Shown in pieces: positions 44,457-56,917 of a stretch of 64,000 nt of DNA. Under the pieces are notes generated by a model. The model saw nothing but the letters and a program-made list of their open reading frames with translations, made no database searches and was not told the DNA's origin. The DNA comes from an uncultured Planctomycetota bacterium (lineage in GTDB: Bacteria > Planctomycetota > Planctomycetia > Isosphaerales > Isosphaeraceae). Each line of letters begins with the position of its first letter. Positions within the stretch are counted from its first letter, which is position 1. A program made the translations under genes and the position numbers. The DNA lies in assembly GCA_963823665.1 (NCBI GenBank), contig CAWGMQ010000011.1, forward strand, positions 640,001 through 704,000, in the 5' to 3' direction.

Positions 44457-46433
44457 TTATTGCTTCTTGCCGGCATCGTGCACCCGGATGTAATGATCGG
44501 TCAGGTCCCTGTGTAGCAGGGGCATCGGCACCTTCGGCATGTGGCACTCGAGACACTTCGTGGTCGGATTGACTGGGCACACCACGGGCTTCTTGCCCAC
44601 GATCCGGTCTCCACCGCGCGGCGCGGCGGTGAGCTTCTGCTCCGGCCCCGGCTTCGCGCCATGGCAGCTCAAACATTTCGCCTCGAAGAACGACGCAGAC
44701 CCTTGGTCGTCACGATGCGCGTCGTGGCAGGTCATGCAGCTCATCGCGCCGTCGCTGTCAGTGAAGCAGCGGCTGAACGAAAGCGTAACCCCCGGTGATC
44801 GAGCGTATCTTGGGTCGTCAGGTGCCTTCTTGATCTCCGCCTCCGATCCGACAACATGGCAGTCGGCACACGCCTTTCCGATCGCTTGCGCACCCCCCGC
44901 CCCGGGGTTCACGATCGCGGTCTCCCCGAAGTTGCCCTTGATCGCCCTCACGTGGTTGCCGCCGGGGCCATGACATCGCTCGCAACCGATCCCTCGGTCG
45001 GCCGCTGCCCGACCGAGAGGCTCCGGCGCCGGGTCTCGGAAGTCACGATAAAACGTGACGTGGCAGTAAAGGCACCGAACAGCCCCGTCGCGCACGTGAA
45101 TCGGCTCGCCTCGCGTGTTCTTGCCGAGATTCGGCACGTCACCGGCCGTGGGTCCCCATGCAACGCCGTCCGCCGTGTGATACGACGAGAGTCTCAAAGC
45201 TCGATACGTTCGCTCGTCATCTCGGCCGATCATCGTCACATACTGGTCGCTCGTCCCGAAGGCATACTCGACTATCAATCGATAGATCTTGTCGCCGGCA
45301 TGCGTCTCGACCTTGATCTTGTCGTTCTCGCGAACGACCGTGTGCGTGACTTTGGGGTCGTCCGGATCGGCCAGGGGCACTTTGGGAATCGGCAGATCCA
45401 GGAGACCCTTGCCATGATGAAACGTCCGAGCATGCCGGCTCCGCTCGTGGCCGCTCGCTTCCTCGCGATGGCAAGCCACACAGCTCGCCTCGCCCACGTA
45501 CGGCGTCGGTTCCGGTTCAAGCATATGCTCGCTCCGGTACGAGCCTGCCCGCGAGAGTGCAGCCGTCGCCTCCTTCAGGTTCCCCTCCTGCAGCCAGGCG
45601 CGACTGAGCAGCCACTCCGCTTGCGCGTCCGCGCCGTCGCCGCCGGCGCTCGCGCGCAAGGGTTTGATCGCCTCTCTCGCCTCCACCGGCTTCCCAAGCT
45701 GCAACAGGCTGCGAGCAAGCTGCTTCCGATAGTGAGAAAGCGGCAGCGGCGCGCCCACCGCAGCCGGATCGCGCTCCAGTGCGGCCCGGAAAGCGTCGAC
45801 GCTTCCCCTGGGATCCTCGAGCACTGCCAGGATGTCGCCCAGCAACAACAATCCGCGCGCTTCCCAGCCGGACTTCTGCGACAGACGCCTGGCCGCGTCC
45901 GCCGCCTCATCCAATCGCTGCAGCCGAAGCGACAATCGCGCCAGATTGTCGAAAACCTCGGCCTCGTCGTCCCCTTTCCGCGCAGCTTCCACCCACAGCT
46001 CGAGCGCAGTCTCGAACCGGCCGGCCCGCGCGTTCAAGAGCCCCAGCAGAAAAAGATCCTCGGGCTCCATCTGCGAGATACCCAGCCGGCCCGCATAGAT
46101 GGATGCGGCCGCTGTGTCGTGGTTCATCCGCGCCGATGCCCGGGCATAAAGTCGCAGCGCGTCGGGATTGTCGGTTCGGGATTTCAGCATCGGTCGTGTC
46201 AAGTCGGCCGTTCGCTGCCAGTCGTTCGCCCGGTATGCCGCCTCGGCCTCGGCGAGAACGGTCGACTCCGTTGTCACCCAATCCGCGACCCACCGTCGCA
46301 CCGGACCACCCCACGCCACCCAGATCACACCGAGCGCGGCTCCAATGGCCAGAACCAGGATCACCCAGCCGGCGCGGCCGCCCGATCGTTTCATTCCGCC
46401 GCTCTGCCTCTCCGAGAGTTGCAACACACTCAA
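44457..46433 (-). CDS. TPR-containing multiheme c-type cytochrome
   Basis: N-terminal TM helix, TPRs, and 7 CxxCH motifs (CVACH, CLYCH, CERCH, CADCH, CMTCH, CLSCH, CLECH). Confidence 0.88.
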   Translation of the reverse strand: MSVLQLSERQSGGMKRSGGRAGWVILVLAIGAALGVIWVAWGGPVRRWVADWVTTESTVLAEAEAAYRANDWQRTADLTRPMLKSRTDNPDALRLYARASARMNHDTAAASIYAGRLGISQMEPEDLFLLGLLNARAGRFETALELWVEAARKGDDEAEVFDNLARLSLRLQRLDEAADAARRLSQKSGWEARGLLLLGDILAVLEDPRGSVDAFRAALERDPAAVGAPLPLSHYRKQLARSLLQLGKPVEAREAIKPLRASAGGDGADAQAEWLLSRAWLQEGNLKEATAALSRAGSYRSEHMLEPEPTPYVGEASCVACHREEASGHERSRHARTFHHGKGLLDLPIPKVPLADPDDPKVTHTVVRENDKIKVETHAGDKIYRLIVEYAFGTSDQYVTMIGRDDERTYRALRLSSYHTADGVAWGPTAGDVPNLGKNTRGEPIHVRDGAVRCLYCHVTFYRDFRDPAPEPLGRAAADRGIGCERCHGPGGNHVRAIKGNFGETAIVNPGAGGAQAIGKACADCHVVGSEAEIKKAPDDPRYARSPGVTLSFSRCFTDSDGAMSCMTCHDAHRDDQGSASFFEAKCLSCHGAKPGPEQKLTAAPRGGDRIVGKKPVVCPVNPTTKCLECHMPKVPMPLLHRDLTDHYIRVHDAGKKQ

Positions 46434-48352
46434 ATATCGATGTCCTTGGCAGTATACGCTTCCTCCATGATGAACTTGAAGCGCGCCTCGGGATCCTTGC
46501 CCATCAAATCGCTGACCGTGCGGTCCGTGTAAGGGCGATCGTCATCGGGGATGATCACCCGTAGCAGGCGCCGCCGCGCCGGGTCGAGCGTCGTTTCAAA
46601 AAGGAGCTGCGCCGGCATCTCGCCCAGCCCCTTGAACCTCGTGATGTTCGGCTTGGCGTTCGACGGCAGCTTCGCAAGCACCCGGTCCCTCGCCTGATCG
46701 TCCGATGCCCAGTGCGTCTCCTTGCCCCAACTGATCTTGTACAGCGGCGGGCATGCCAGGAAGACCCTGCCATCTGTAAAAAGCCCAGGCACATGCCGAT
46801 AAAAGAACGTGAGCAACAGCGTCGCGATGTGGTGGCCGTCGCTGTCGGCGTCGGTCAGAAGGATGATCTTGCCGTAGCGCAGCCGGCCGGGTTCGTACTG
46901 GTCGTCCATGCCGCACCCGATCGCGCTGATGATGTCCGTGAGCTCCTTGTTGTCGAGGACCTTCGCCTTGCCCGCCTGCTCGGCGTTCAATACCTTCCCC
47001 TTGAGCGGCAGAATCGCCTGGATGTCGCGGTCGCGCCCCTGCTTGGCCGAGCCGCCCGCCGAATCGCCCTCGACGATGAACAGCTCCGACTCATCCGGGT
47101 TGGTGCTGTCACAATCGTGCAGCTTGCCCGGAAGGTTCAGCCGCCCGCTGATCGCGGTCTTCCGCCGCACCTGCGAAGCAGCCGCCCGGCTCGCCTCCCG
47201 CGCCTTCGCGGATTGAATCACCCGGGCCGCGATCGCGTCACCCACACTCTTGTTCTTGAGCAGAAAATTCTCAAGTGCCGGCCGGGTCATCGACTCCACC
47301 TGCGCCTTGATCTCCGGGTTGTTCAGCCTTCCCTTGGTCTGCCCCTGGAACTGGGGCTCGTGCATGCACACCGCCAGCACCGCCGTCAGCCCCTCGCGGA
47401 TGTCCTCCCGCTTGATCTCCATTCCCTTCTTCACCAGGTCGTGCGTCTCCATGAAGCGCTGCACCGCCGTGCCCACCGCCGCCAGCATCCCCAGCTCATG
47501 CGTGCCGCCGTCTCGTGTCGGAATCGTATTCACGAATGATCGTACGTCTTCATCAGTCGCCTCGGTCCAGGTGAGCGCGAGGTAGCACCGCAGCCCGTTC
47601 TCCTCATCTTCCCGCTCGAGCACAAACGGCAGCGGAGCCACCCGCTGGTCGTTGCGCCCGCGATTGATCGCATCCAGAAAATCAACCACGCCGCCGTCAT
47701 GCCGGAACTCGACGTTCGTCCTGTTTTTCTGATCGACGAACTGGATCACCAGCCCCTTGTTCAGATAGCTCTTCACTTCCAGCCGTTCCGCGATCAGCAC
47801 CGGGTCATAAGTGTGGTCCGGGAAGATGTCGGGGTCCGGTGTGTAAGTCACCGTCGTTCCCGAGCCCCGCGACGCCTCACCCTTCTCGACCGGCCCCGCC
47901 GGCTTCCCGCGCCGATACTTCTGCGTGTACGTCTGCCCGTCCCGGCGCACCTCCGCAACCAGACTCTTCGACAGCGCGTTGACCACACTCGCACCAACTC
48001 CGTGCAGACCGCCGGCCACCTTGTAAGCATCGTTGTCAAACTTCCCGCCCGCGTGCAGCGTCGTGAAGATCACCTCGAGCGCGCTCTTCCCCGTCTTGGG
48101 GTGCGTATCCACCGGAATGCCCCGCCCGTTGTCCGAGACCGACATCGTCTTGCCGTCGGACTGGAGCGTCACCACGATCCGCGTCGCGTGGCCGTTCATC
48201 ACCTCGTCGACTGCGTTGTCGACGATCTCCCACAGCAGGTGATGAAAACCGGTCTTGTCGACCCCCCCGATATACATCCCGGGGCGTCGCCTGACCGCCT
48301 CGAGACCTTCAAGAACCGTGATCGACTTGGCTGTGTAAGATCCGGTAGACAT
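46430..48352 (-). CDS. Type IIA topoisomerase subunit B (GyrB/ParE-like)
   Basis: 'LEAVRRRPGMYIG', 'EIVDNAVDE', 'GLHGVG', 'VEGDSAGG', 'PLKGK', 'TDADSDG.HI', 'RFKGLGEM'. Confidence 0.95.
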   Translation of the reverse strand: MSTGSYTAKSITVLEGLEAVRRRPGMYIGGVDKTGFHHLLWEIVDNAVDEVMNGHATRIVVTLQSDGKTMSVSDNGRGIPVDTHPKTGKSALEVIFTTLHAGGKFDNDAYKVAGGLHGVGASVVNALSKSLVAEVRRDGQTYTQKYRRGKPAGPVEKGEASRGSGTTVTYTPDPDIFPDHTYDPVLIAERLEVKSYLNKGLVIQFVDQKNRTNVEFRHDGGVVDFLDAINRGRNDQRVAPLPFVLEREDEENGLRCYLALTWTEATDEDVRSFVNTIPTRDGGTHELGMLAAVGTAVQRFMETHDLVKKGMEIKREDIREGLTAVLAVCMHEPQFQGQTKGRLNNPEIKAQVESMTRPALENFLLKNKSVGDAIAARVIQSAKAREASRAAASQVRRKTAISGRLNLPGKLHDCDSTNPDESELFIVEGDSAGGSAKQGRDRDIQAILPLKGKVLNAEQAGKAKVLDNKELTDIISAIGCGMDDQYEPGRLRYGKIILLTDADSDGHHIATLLLTFFYRHVPGLFTDGRVFLACPPLYKISWGKETHWASDDQARDRVLAKLPSNAKPNITRFKGLGEMPAQLLFETTLDPARRRLLRVIIPDDDRPYTDRTVSDLMGKDPEARFKFIMEEAYTAKDIDI

Positions 48353-48389
48353 GGTCTTTTCCGTGACAAAATTGGTCTGCAATCAGAAT

Positions 48390-48767
48390 TCAAGATGAAA
48401 CAGAGGCTGGATGCGATTCTGGGGTCACGAGCGCCGGGATCTCGCTCCTCCGGCCAAGGATCCAGCCCGGAGCAAGATACTGAAGCCCATCGCCCTCAAG
48501 GGCCACTGATCCGGTCGCGCCTTGCCCCAACATTTTCAGAGACCTTTCGTAGGCGTGGATGCACACGACACGAATCGCAGCGGGCTTTTCCACTTCGCGG
48601 ACCGAGTCGTCTCCCAGCTCATCCGGCCAGCGTCGATGCTTATGGCGGTAGATGGCATCAAACATGTCGCCGACATGGATCGGAACTCCACCACATCGGC
48701 CGAGCGCGGTGAATTGTACGCCGTGGACGACCCCGACGACGATGAATTGCAGTTCATTTTTGATCAT
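48390..48767 (-). CDS. Hypothetical protein (possible immunity/antitoxin)
   Basis: ATGA-coupled to the upstream toxin-like ORF. Confidence 0.55.
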   Translation of the reverse strand: MIKNELQFIVVGVVHGVQFTALGRCGGVPIHVGDMFDAIYRHKHRRWPDELGDDSVREVEKPAAIRVVCIHAYERSLKMLGQGATGSVALEGDGLQYLAPGWILGRRSEIPALVTPESHPASVSS

Positions 48768-49225
48768 GACGTGCTCTCGAACATGCGAGTGTCGAAGAGT
48801 CTGATCTGTTCTACGCTCAAACGAAGTCCGGCGGCGTGAGATTCCCTGATCTCAATCTGAAGAGCGTCTTATCCAGCCAACCGAACGGAGATGTCTCGAA
48901 TCCCCGGTTCATGCAAGATTTCAATCGATCTCTCCACATCCAACTCGATCTCTGCCACCCTGGCGAATTCCGCTGGCCCAATCTGCAAGTCGACGGCAGC
49001 TTCAATCACTGAAAAATAATTCTGGGAATCGTGCAGCTCCCTGAATAATTCCCTTCGAGCCGCCAAGATCACCGCCCGACCGTGATTGCGACACTCGATG
49101 GCGAAGAAGGTGGCTACGAGTGGGTCGGTACTAGTGCATGTTATATTCTCGTCCTGTAACATCTTGCTGCCGGCCCAACCTACCGTCGTCCCTCGATACA
49201 AGTACCCCGGATTCGCCATCTCCAA
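48764..49225 (-). pseudogene. Possible ADP-ribosyltransferase-like toxin with a premature TAA at 48869-48871
   Basis: 'YLYRGT...TCTSTDPLVA..FA'; reading through the TAA gives DALQIEIRESHAAGLRLSVEQIRLFDTRMFESTS*, ending in an ATGA overlap. Confidence 0.45.
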
Positions 49226-49376
49226 GCTCCAGATGCCTATTATAACTATATTGCCGATTCTGAATGCCGTCGTCTGTCGACGGACTGAGCTTGATATTCA
49301 TATTAGAATGATCGATAAATTAATAATAGTTTAGAATAAAATGCGTCTGTAAAAATGCAATCCCGGTCATCGCATA

Positions 49377-51935
<2,559 letters not shown>

Positions 51936-52270
51936 CTCTGCTCTCTTTCACCCCGCGCAGCCCGCATGATCGAACTATCCGCTAGAACACACAAAACCCG
52001 GAAATCTGGCAGCCTACAATGCCAGTTTCCAAAGATACTATATCTGCGTATACGGTAAACGCATCGGTGCCATCCTGCAATTGGGTTTTCGATAGGAGTA
52101 CCGCTCTTGATCTCGCGGCGAGTGGATCTCACTGGGTGAAGTCCACGTTCCGATCACCAGCCACCCACATCCTGCCTCGGCCGATCATACTCTTACTTTT
52201 AATCTTAATCTTAATCTTAATCGTGATCCGACTCCCGCCCTCCCCCTCTTCAACGGCCCACCCCGACCGA

Positions 52271-52330
52271 CCACTTCGTTTTGTACATTCGTCGCGCGTC
52301 CTTACACCACAAGGATTACGGGAATCGCAC
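52271..52330 (-). repeat. ~58-bp dispersed repeat, copy 2
   Basis: Close reverse complement of 18053-18110. Confidence 0.8.
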
Positions 52331-52480
52331 CCGGCCGTGGCGGCCATGACGATCTGCGCTCCGTCGACGACCCTTGTCCCAAGCTGTGGCTCCTGAAATC
52401 CAATTTCAACTGCGACGCTCCTGCATTCCGCGCTCCGGCTCGCGAGACGTGTTCCGCACGTTCCAGATAAGCAGAAGTGG

Positions 52481-52530
52481 ATGGGACAAAATGGGACGAA
52501 ATGGGACTCCTGAGCCCAAAAAAGTCCCAT
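52481..52530 (+). repeat. ATGGGAC x3 at 10-bp period plus an inverted GTCCCAT
   Basis: Read directly from the sequence. Confidence 0.7.
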
Positions 52531-53179
52531 AATGCTCGCAGACCTGAGCCCCGTTCGGTGGCCAGCCTGAGCACCCTGACGTAGCACGTAAATACTGAGA
52601 GAAACAGAGGTTAACGCCACCAGTCCCGCTCCATGATTTCTCCGCCCAACGGCTGAAAACTCACCCTCTCGATTGTCCAGACCGGTCCCACGCGCGGCAC
52701 CACCCAGAATTCGGCGGGATTTCCTCGCGCACCGATCCCCTTTTTCGAGCGCAGTCCGGCCGCATTTTTCCGACCGCGCAGGCGTGGTCTGCTCGCGCTG
52801 AGATCCTCGAGCACGCGCTCGAGCAAACGAAGCAGTCATTCCCGGTTCCAGAGACATGGTTGGTGCCTCGCGCCGACTCCGGTGTCGGCGATCGAGACTC
52901 AGCTATGTATATTATGGGCCCACTTTCGCGATTCGGCCATTTCTTCGACCAGAAAACCTGGGATTTTCATCCGGCTTGCAACGGATGTAGCGACGAACTC
53001 GATCGAGACCCCCGGTTTGCGCGATGCGGCCAAAAAGTCGGCAAAAAACGCCTCACGCGATTCCCGAATCCAGATGGTCGGCTAGGTCTGTCCGGTTAAT
53101 TCTCGATCACCCCGCGCCGGCGCTCAAACTCCTGCCTCGCCATTTCCCGTTGCCGCCGCCGTCTCTCCCGCTTGGAAGC

Positions 53180-55293
53180 CTACTCCGGCACCCGAGGCGG
53201 CACATCACAACCCTCTTCGGACAAAGTTGGGGGAGGACCATCATCCGCGACCTCCTCCTGACAGCCGGCTTGACCCCCTTCCAGTTGCCCGGCCTCCCCA
53301 GCCGCGATCGGCGTGTCGCCCAATGTTTCACCTGGTTCGCCATCCAGGATTTCGTTTTGTATTTTCGTCGCGGTCCCTTGTCCTGTAAGGGTTAAGGGAA
53401 CGAAATCGCTCCGCTCGCGTTGTCCCAAATCCGCGGCCCCATCCCCGATTTCCGCCCCGGCCGCGGCGCCCTCCCAAGTTCGGCGCGGGTTTCGGGCACC
53501 CGAAGGGTCGCCGCCGTCCGTTGGACCGCAGGTCTCCTCTTTCCCCTCGCCGTCCCCACTCTCAGTTCGGCGCGGGTTCTGACCCCTCCGTCCGCGCGAC
53601 CGTAGGTCTCCTCTTGCCCCCAGCCGTCTGCACAAGCGCAGGTCCCGCCATCGTCCTCCCCAGTTCGCCCTGCCTCACGCGCACCCGACGCATCACCGCC
53701 GACCACGCCATCACCCGCCTCCTCCAGCACCCCATCGTCATCCATCCCCAGTCCGTCGATTTCGTTTTGTATATTCGTCGCGGGCCCATGTCCCGTAAGG
53801 ATTACGGGAACGAAATCGCTCACCCCAGCCTGCCCCGAATCCGCGGCCCCATCCCGCATTTCCGCCGCGGAGTCGGCGTCCTGATTCACCGCAACATCAT
53901 CGGCAACCGCATCCGGCCGGCGAGTCCCCGGCGCTCCCTGAGCATTGCCATTCCGCGCGGCCGTCTCGCACGCCCCATCGGTGATCGCTTCCGTTTGGCC
54001 CTGGATCTGCGAGTGTGCAGGCTTCGCGCTCACGTCATTCGGCGTGCCACCCGCATAGCTCCCGCCGCCAGCGCCAGGCGCACGGTAATACGGATCCTCA
54101 CAAGGTTGGGGCCCGCGCTCCGCCTTCCAGCGAGCCAGCCCCGCCTCGAGGTCGCCTTCATATCCCCAGGCATCGCGAACGGTCCCATGCTGGTCGAGCA
54201 CAAACCGCTGATCGAGCGGACGCCCGCGTCGCGCTTCCTCCTTTCTCCGTTCTCGATCCCGGCGAACCTTGTACCACCCTTCCTCTTCCCAGCGGTGCCA
54301 TCTCTTGATGGTGTCGAGGTTCCGAATCGCCAGCCGGTTCGAGCTCTCCAGATGGCGCTGAACCTGCGCGATGTGCTTCGCCTCCGCATCGCTCACCACG
54401 TTGGACCCGGTCAGCTCGAGAATCTCGTCGCCCTCCGCGTACTCGGCGTCGAGCTTCCACAGCCGCTCAATCGCCTGGTCAATGATCGCAAGCAGCACGT
54501 CCCGTGCGGCCGCCGCATTCGGCGGCGTGATCGCGCGTCGCTCCTTGCGCGAAAGCTGGCTCTCATGACGCTTGACGCGATCATAGTGGATCTCGCACCG
54601 AAGCTCATGGAAGGCCGACGGCAAGTCCCGCCGGATGGCGTAGCTCGCGAGGAACAGCCGGGCGACCTCTGAATCCCAAAGCGCATCAAGCGGCTGCTTG
54701 CCCAGCAACCGGATAGCTTTGAATTTCTCGCACGACACCCACCCCTCTCCCGAATCGATCGGCTCCCGCACTTCGCCCAGCCGCTCTCGCAGCCATTGCC
54801 GCCCGGCGCGAGTCGCCTCGAGCTGGCGGACCAAAATGACCGGCTTATCAGGGTCACCGGGCTCCCCCGACGACGAGTTTCGGGGCTCCTTGTGCTCATA
54901 GTCCCGCGACGGATAGAGTTGCGACGGCCCCCTGCGGTCAAAGAGCAAGCGGTCCCCGAGCGCCTCCGCGTCCGTTGTCTCGCGCACCGCCTCCGCCCGC
55001 GATCGCGCCACCATGGCGCCCGTCATGCGATTAACTTCGAGACGATTCGCCCGCATGGCCCGCCAGTAAGCCATCGCCGCCAGCGTGGCCAGATCCCCCT
55101 CGGCTTCAGTTCGAGTCTGCTGACCCGTTTTATACGCGTCGATCTTCGCCTGAAGCTCCGCCGGATCTTCACCAGGCAAGACCGGCGTCTTCGCCGTGAG
55201 CCCATGTTTAATCGCATTGTAGCGTGAGACATTGTAGCTCGAAGCCCGCTGATCATTCATTCCAGCAACCGCCGCACCCTGTTGCACACCCAT
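53180..55293 (-). CDS. Hypothetical 'NAIKHGLTA' protein with a repeat-derived C-terminus (probable frameshift near 53500)
   Basis: 'SRYNAIKHGLTAKTPVLPGED'; the block 'GAAD.GQ...SDFVP..LTG.G.AT.IQNEI' occurs twice, in different frames. Confidence 0.7.
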
Positions 55294-55344
55294 CGCATCA
55301 CCTTGACCCTGTCTGTCGCGTGAAAGCCTGAAAGCTTCGCCAAA

Positions 55345-55366
55345 GTAGGTCAGGCTTCAGCCTGAC
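55345..55366 (+). repeat. GTAG-type REP-like palindrome, copy 2
   Basis: GTAGGTCAGGCTTCAGCCTGAC; 21/22 identical to 44429-44450. Confidence 0.7.
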
Positions 55367-56003
55367 GATTACACTGAACTCCATCGCGCGGAATCCCTAC
55401 CATCCCGACCGCGCTGGGACGACGACCCGACCTACCTGACGCTCCGGCACGAACACCCGCACCGAACAAAGCGCCATCCCGGATCATCCATCACGACGCC
55501 ACAGTATAGGTTGAGATTCCCATGTGAACAAAAAAATCCGGTTCCTAAAACTGCGGTTCCCAAGGAACCCGCATCGATTATGACGATTGGACAACGATCA
55601 GATGCGCCCGATTCGCAATCTCAAGGCATTGCCGCACAAGGCAAGACTCGCCGCGCTATGCTTATCCGGCATAATCCGGCCAACCAGGCCACGCTCGGTA
55701 GGGGTCGGAACGATCGATGGGTTTCGCCCCTCCTCCGATCCGTGTGGACGGGCGGTAATCCCGTATACGGCGCAACAGTCGGTAGCTTTCCCGCGAATAG
55801 GATTGATGGGGCCACCTCGCAGGCTGCTCATTGTCGCCCCTCGCTCCCGCAAAGGGTCATCCCCGTTCCCTGGTTTATCGCGCACGACGACGGCTGCGAG
55901 GACGGCCCACATTGACGACATCGCACAATCCCAGTGAATGAGAACTTCGCGTATCGATCGACTCACCCGCGCCGATTCACGCTCGCTCACGAGCTGGAGA
56001 ATT

Positions 56004-56093
56004 CCAGACACCCAACCAATTGTCACGGTTCCCCGCATCCATTCATTCGCGGCACGCAAGTTCGGTGCAAAACCATGGCCTCTGGTCAAGTCG
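56004..56093 (+). repeat. TIR element copy A (right end missing)
   Basis: CCAGACACCCA...TGTCACGG..CCATTCATTCGCGG..CTCTGGTCA. Confidence 0.8.
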
Positions 56094-56096
56094 CAT

Positions 56097-56145
56097 GGAG
56101 ACCTTCGGTCTGGCGGAGGGCGGGGTCGTGAGACCCGCGCCCAAC
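56097..56145 (+). repeat. GGAGACC..CGGTC...ACCCGCGCC.AAC repeat
   Basis: Reverse-complement relatives at 53478-53537 and 53565-53611. Confidence 0.65.
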
Positions 56146-56276
56146 AACCCGCCAATCGAAGATTGACCATTCCCTAGGATACTTCTGCGGCCATCCTCCA
56201 CGGGTAATCCGGCGGCCGAGCCGGTGCTTTGAACCGACCTATTCGATGGCCGAGGCCGGTTCATTTGTCGCCCGGC

Positions 56277-56629
56277 TTAGCGATACTCATGGAACGGCAC
56301 GCCGAGCACGAATCGAGTTCCCGCGGTGATTGGGGCAGCGCCGTGCTTGACCGACTGCAATCCTACGAAGCCACCGGTGCGAACGAGACGGTCGCGAGTG
56401 CAGAACAGCACCGCGTCGCCCAAGCCCAGCACGACTTCCCGGCGGAGCGACTTTCTCCGTTCGGGAACATCGCAGAACAGGAACTCGCCTCCCTGGAAGC
56501 CTTCGGTCTCCGCGTCGTCTGGGTCAGTACGCGGGCTCAGCACCACAGCCAGTTGGATCGGGAAAAACAAGGCGCCACGCAAATCGCGGTGCAGAGCATT
56601 GAATCCGCCAGGGCCGTACTTAAGCAGAG
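56277..56629 (-). pseudogene. 5'-truncated 2OG-Fe(II) oxygenase (DUF2086-like)
   Basis: 'LLKYG.G.FN.LHRDL.G..FFP.Q', 'FQGGEF', 'VKHG', 'LGVPFHE'; N-terminal half replaced by TIR element copy B. Confidence 0.75.
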
Positions 56630-56805
56630 GAGATCCCAGACACCCATCCTTTTGAGATCCCAGACACCCATCCTTTTGTGACGGTCCCCCGCGTTCCATT
56701 CATTCGCGGCTCGCACGTTCGGCGCACAACCACGGTCTCTGGTCATTTCCAGCACGCATCAGGCGAGTGTCCGACGCTCCGCAGACGGTGGGTGTCTGGC
56801 ATCCC
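56630..56805 (+). mobile_element. MITE/REP-like TIR element copy B with a 24-bp tandem duplication of its left end
   Basis: GAGATCCCAGACACCCATCCTTTT x2 ... TGGGTGTCTGGCATCCC (imperfect 17-bp TIR). Confidence 0.75.
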
Positions 56806-56917
56806 AATTCTCGGGCTCAGTCCTCATCCCGTCAGACGATTGACGAGGGCCAGCCCGTCTGCGACAATCGTCGTAGCGATGGCAATCGCCGGACGGACGG
56901 CATCTCAGGAGGTTCCG

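Noticed and set aside
44856..46532. Long antisense ORFs (also 8250-9740, 39816-41684, 5361-6377)
   Set aside because: Shadow frames of well-supported genes in high-GC DNA.
52199..52222. (TTAATC)4 microsatellite and the ORFs spanning it
   Set aside because: A simple repeat in non-coding DNA; the 'IKIKIK' and 'LILIL' translations are artefacts.
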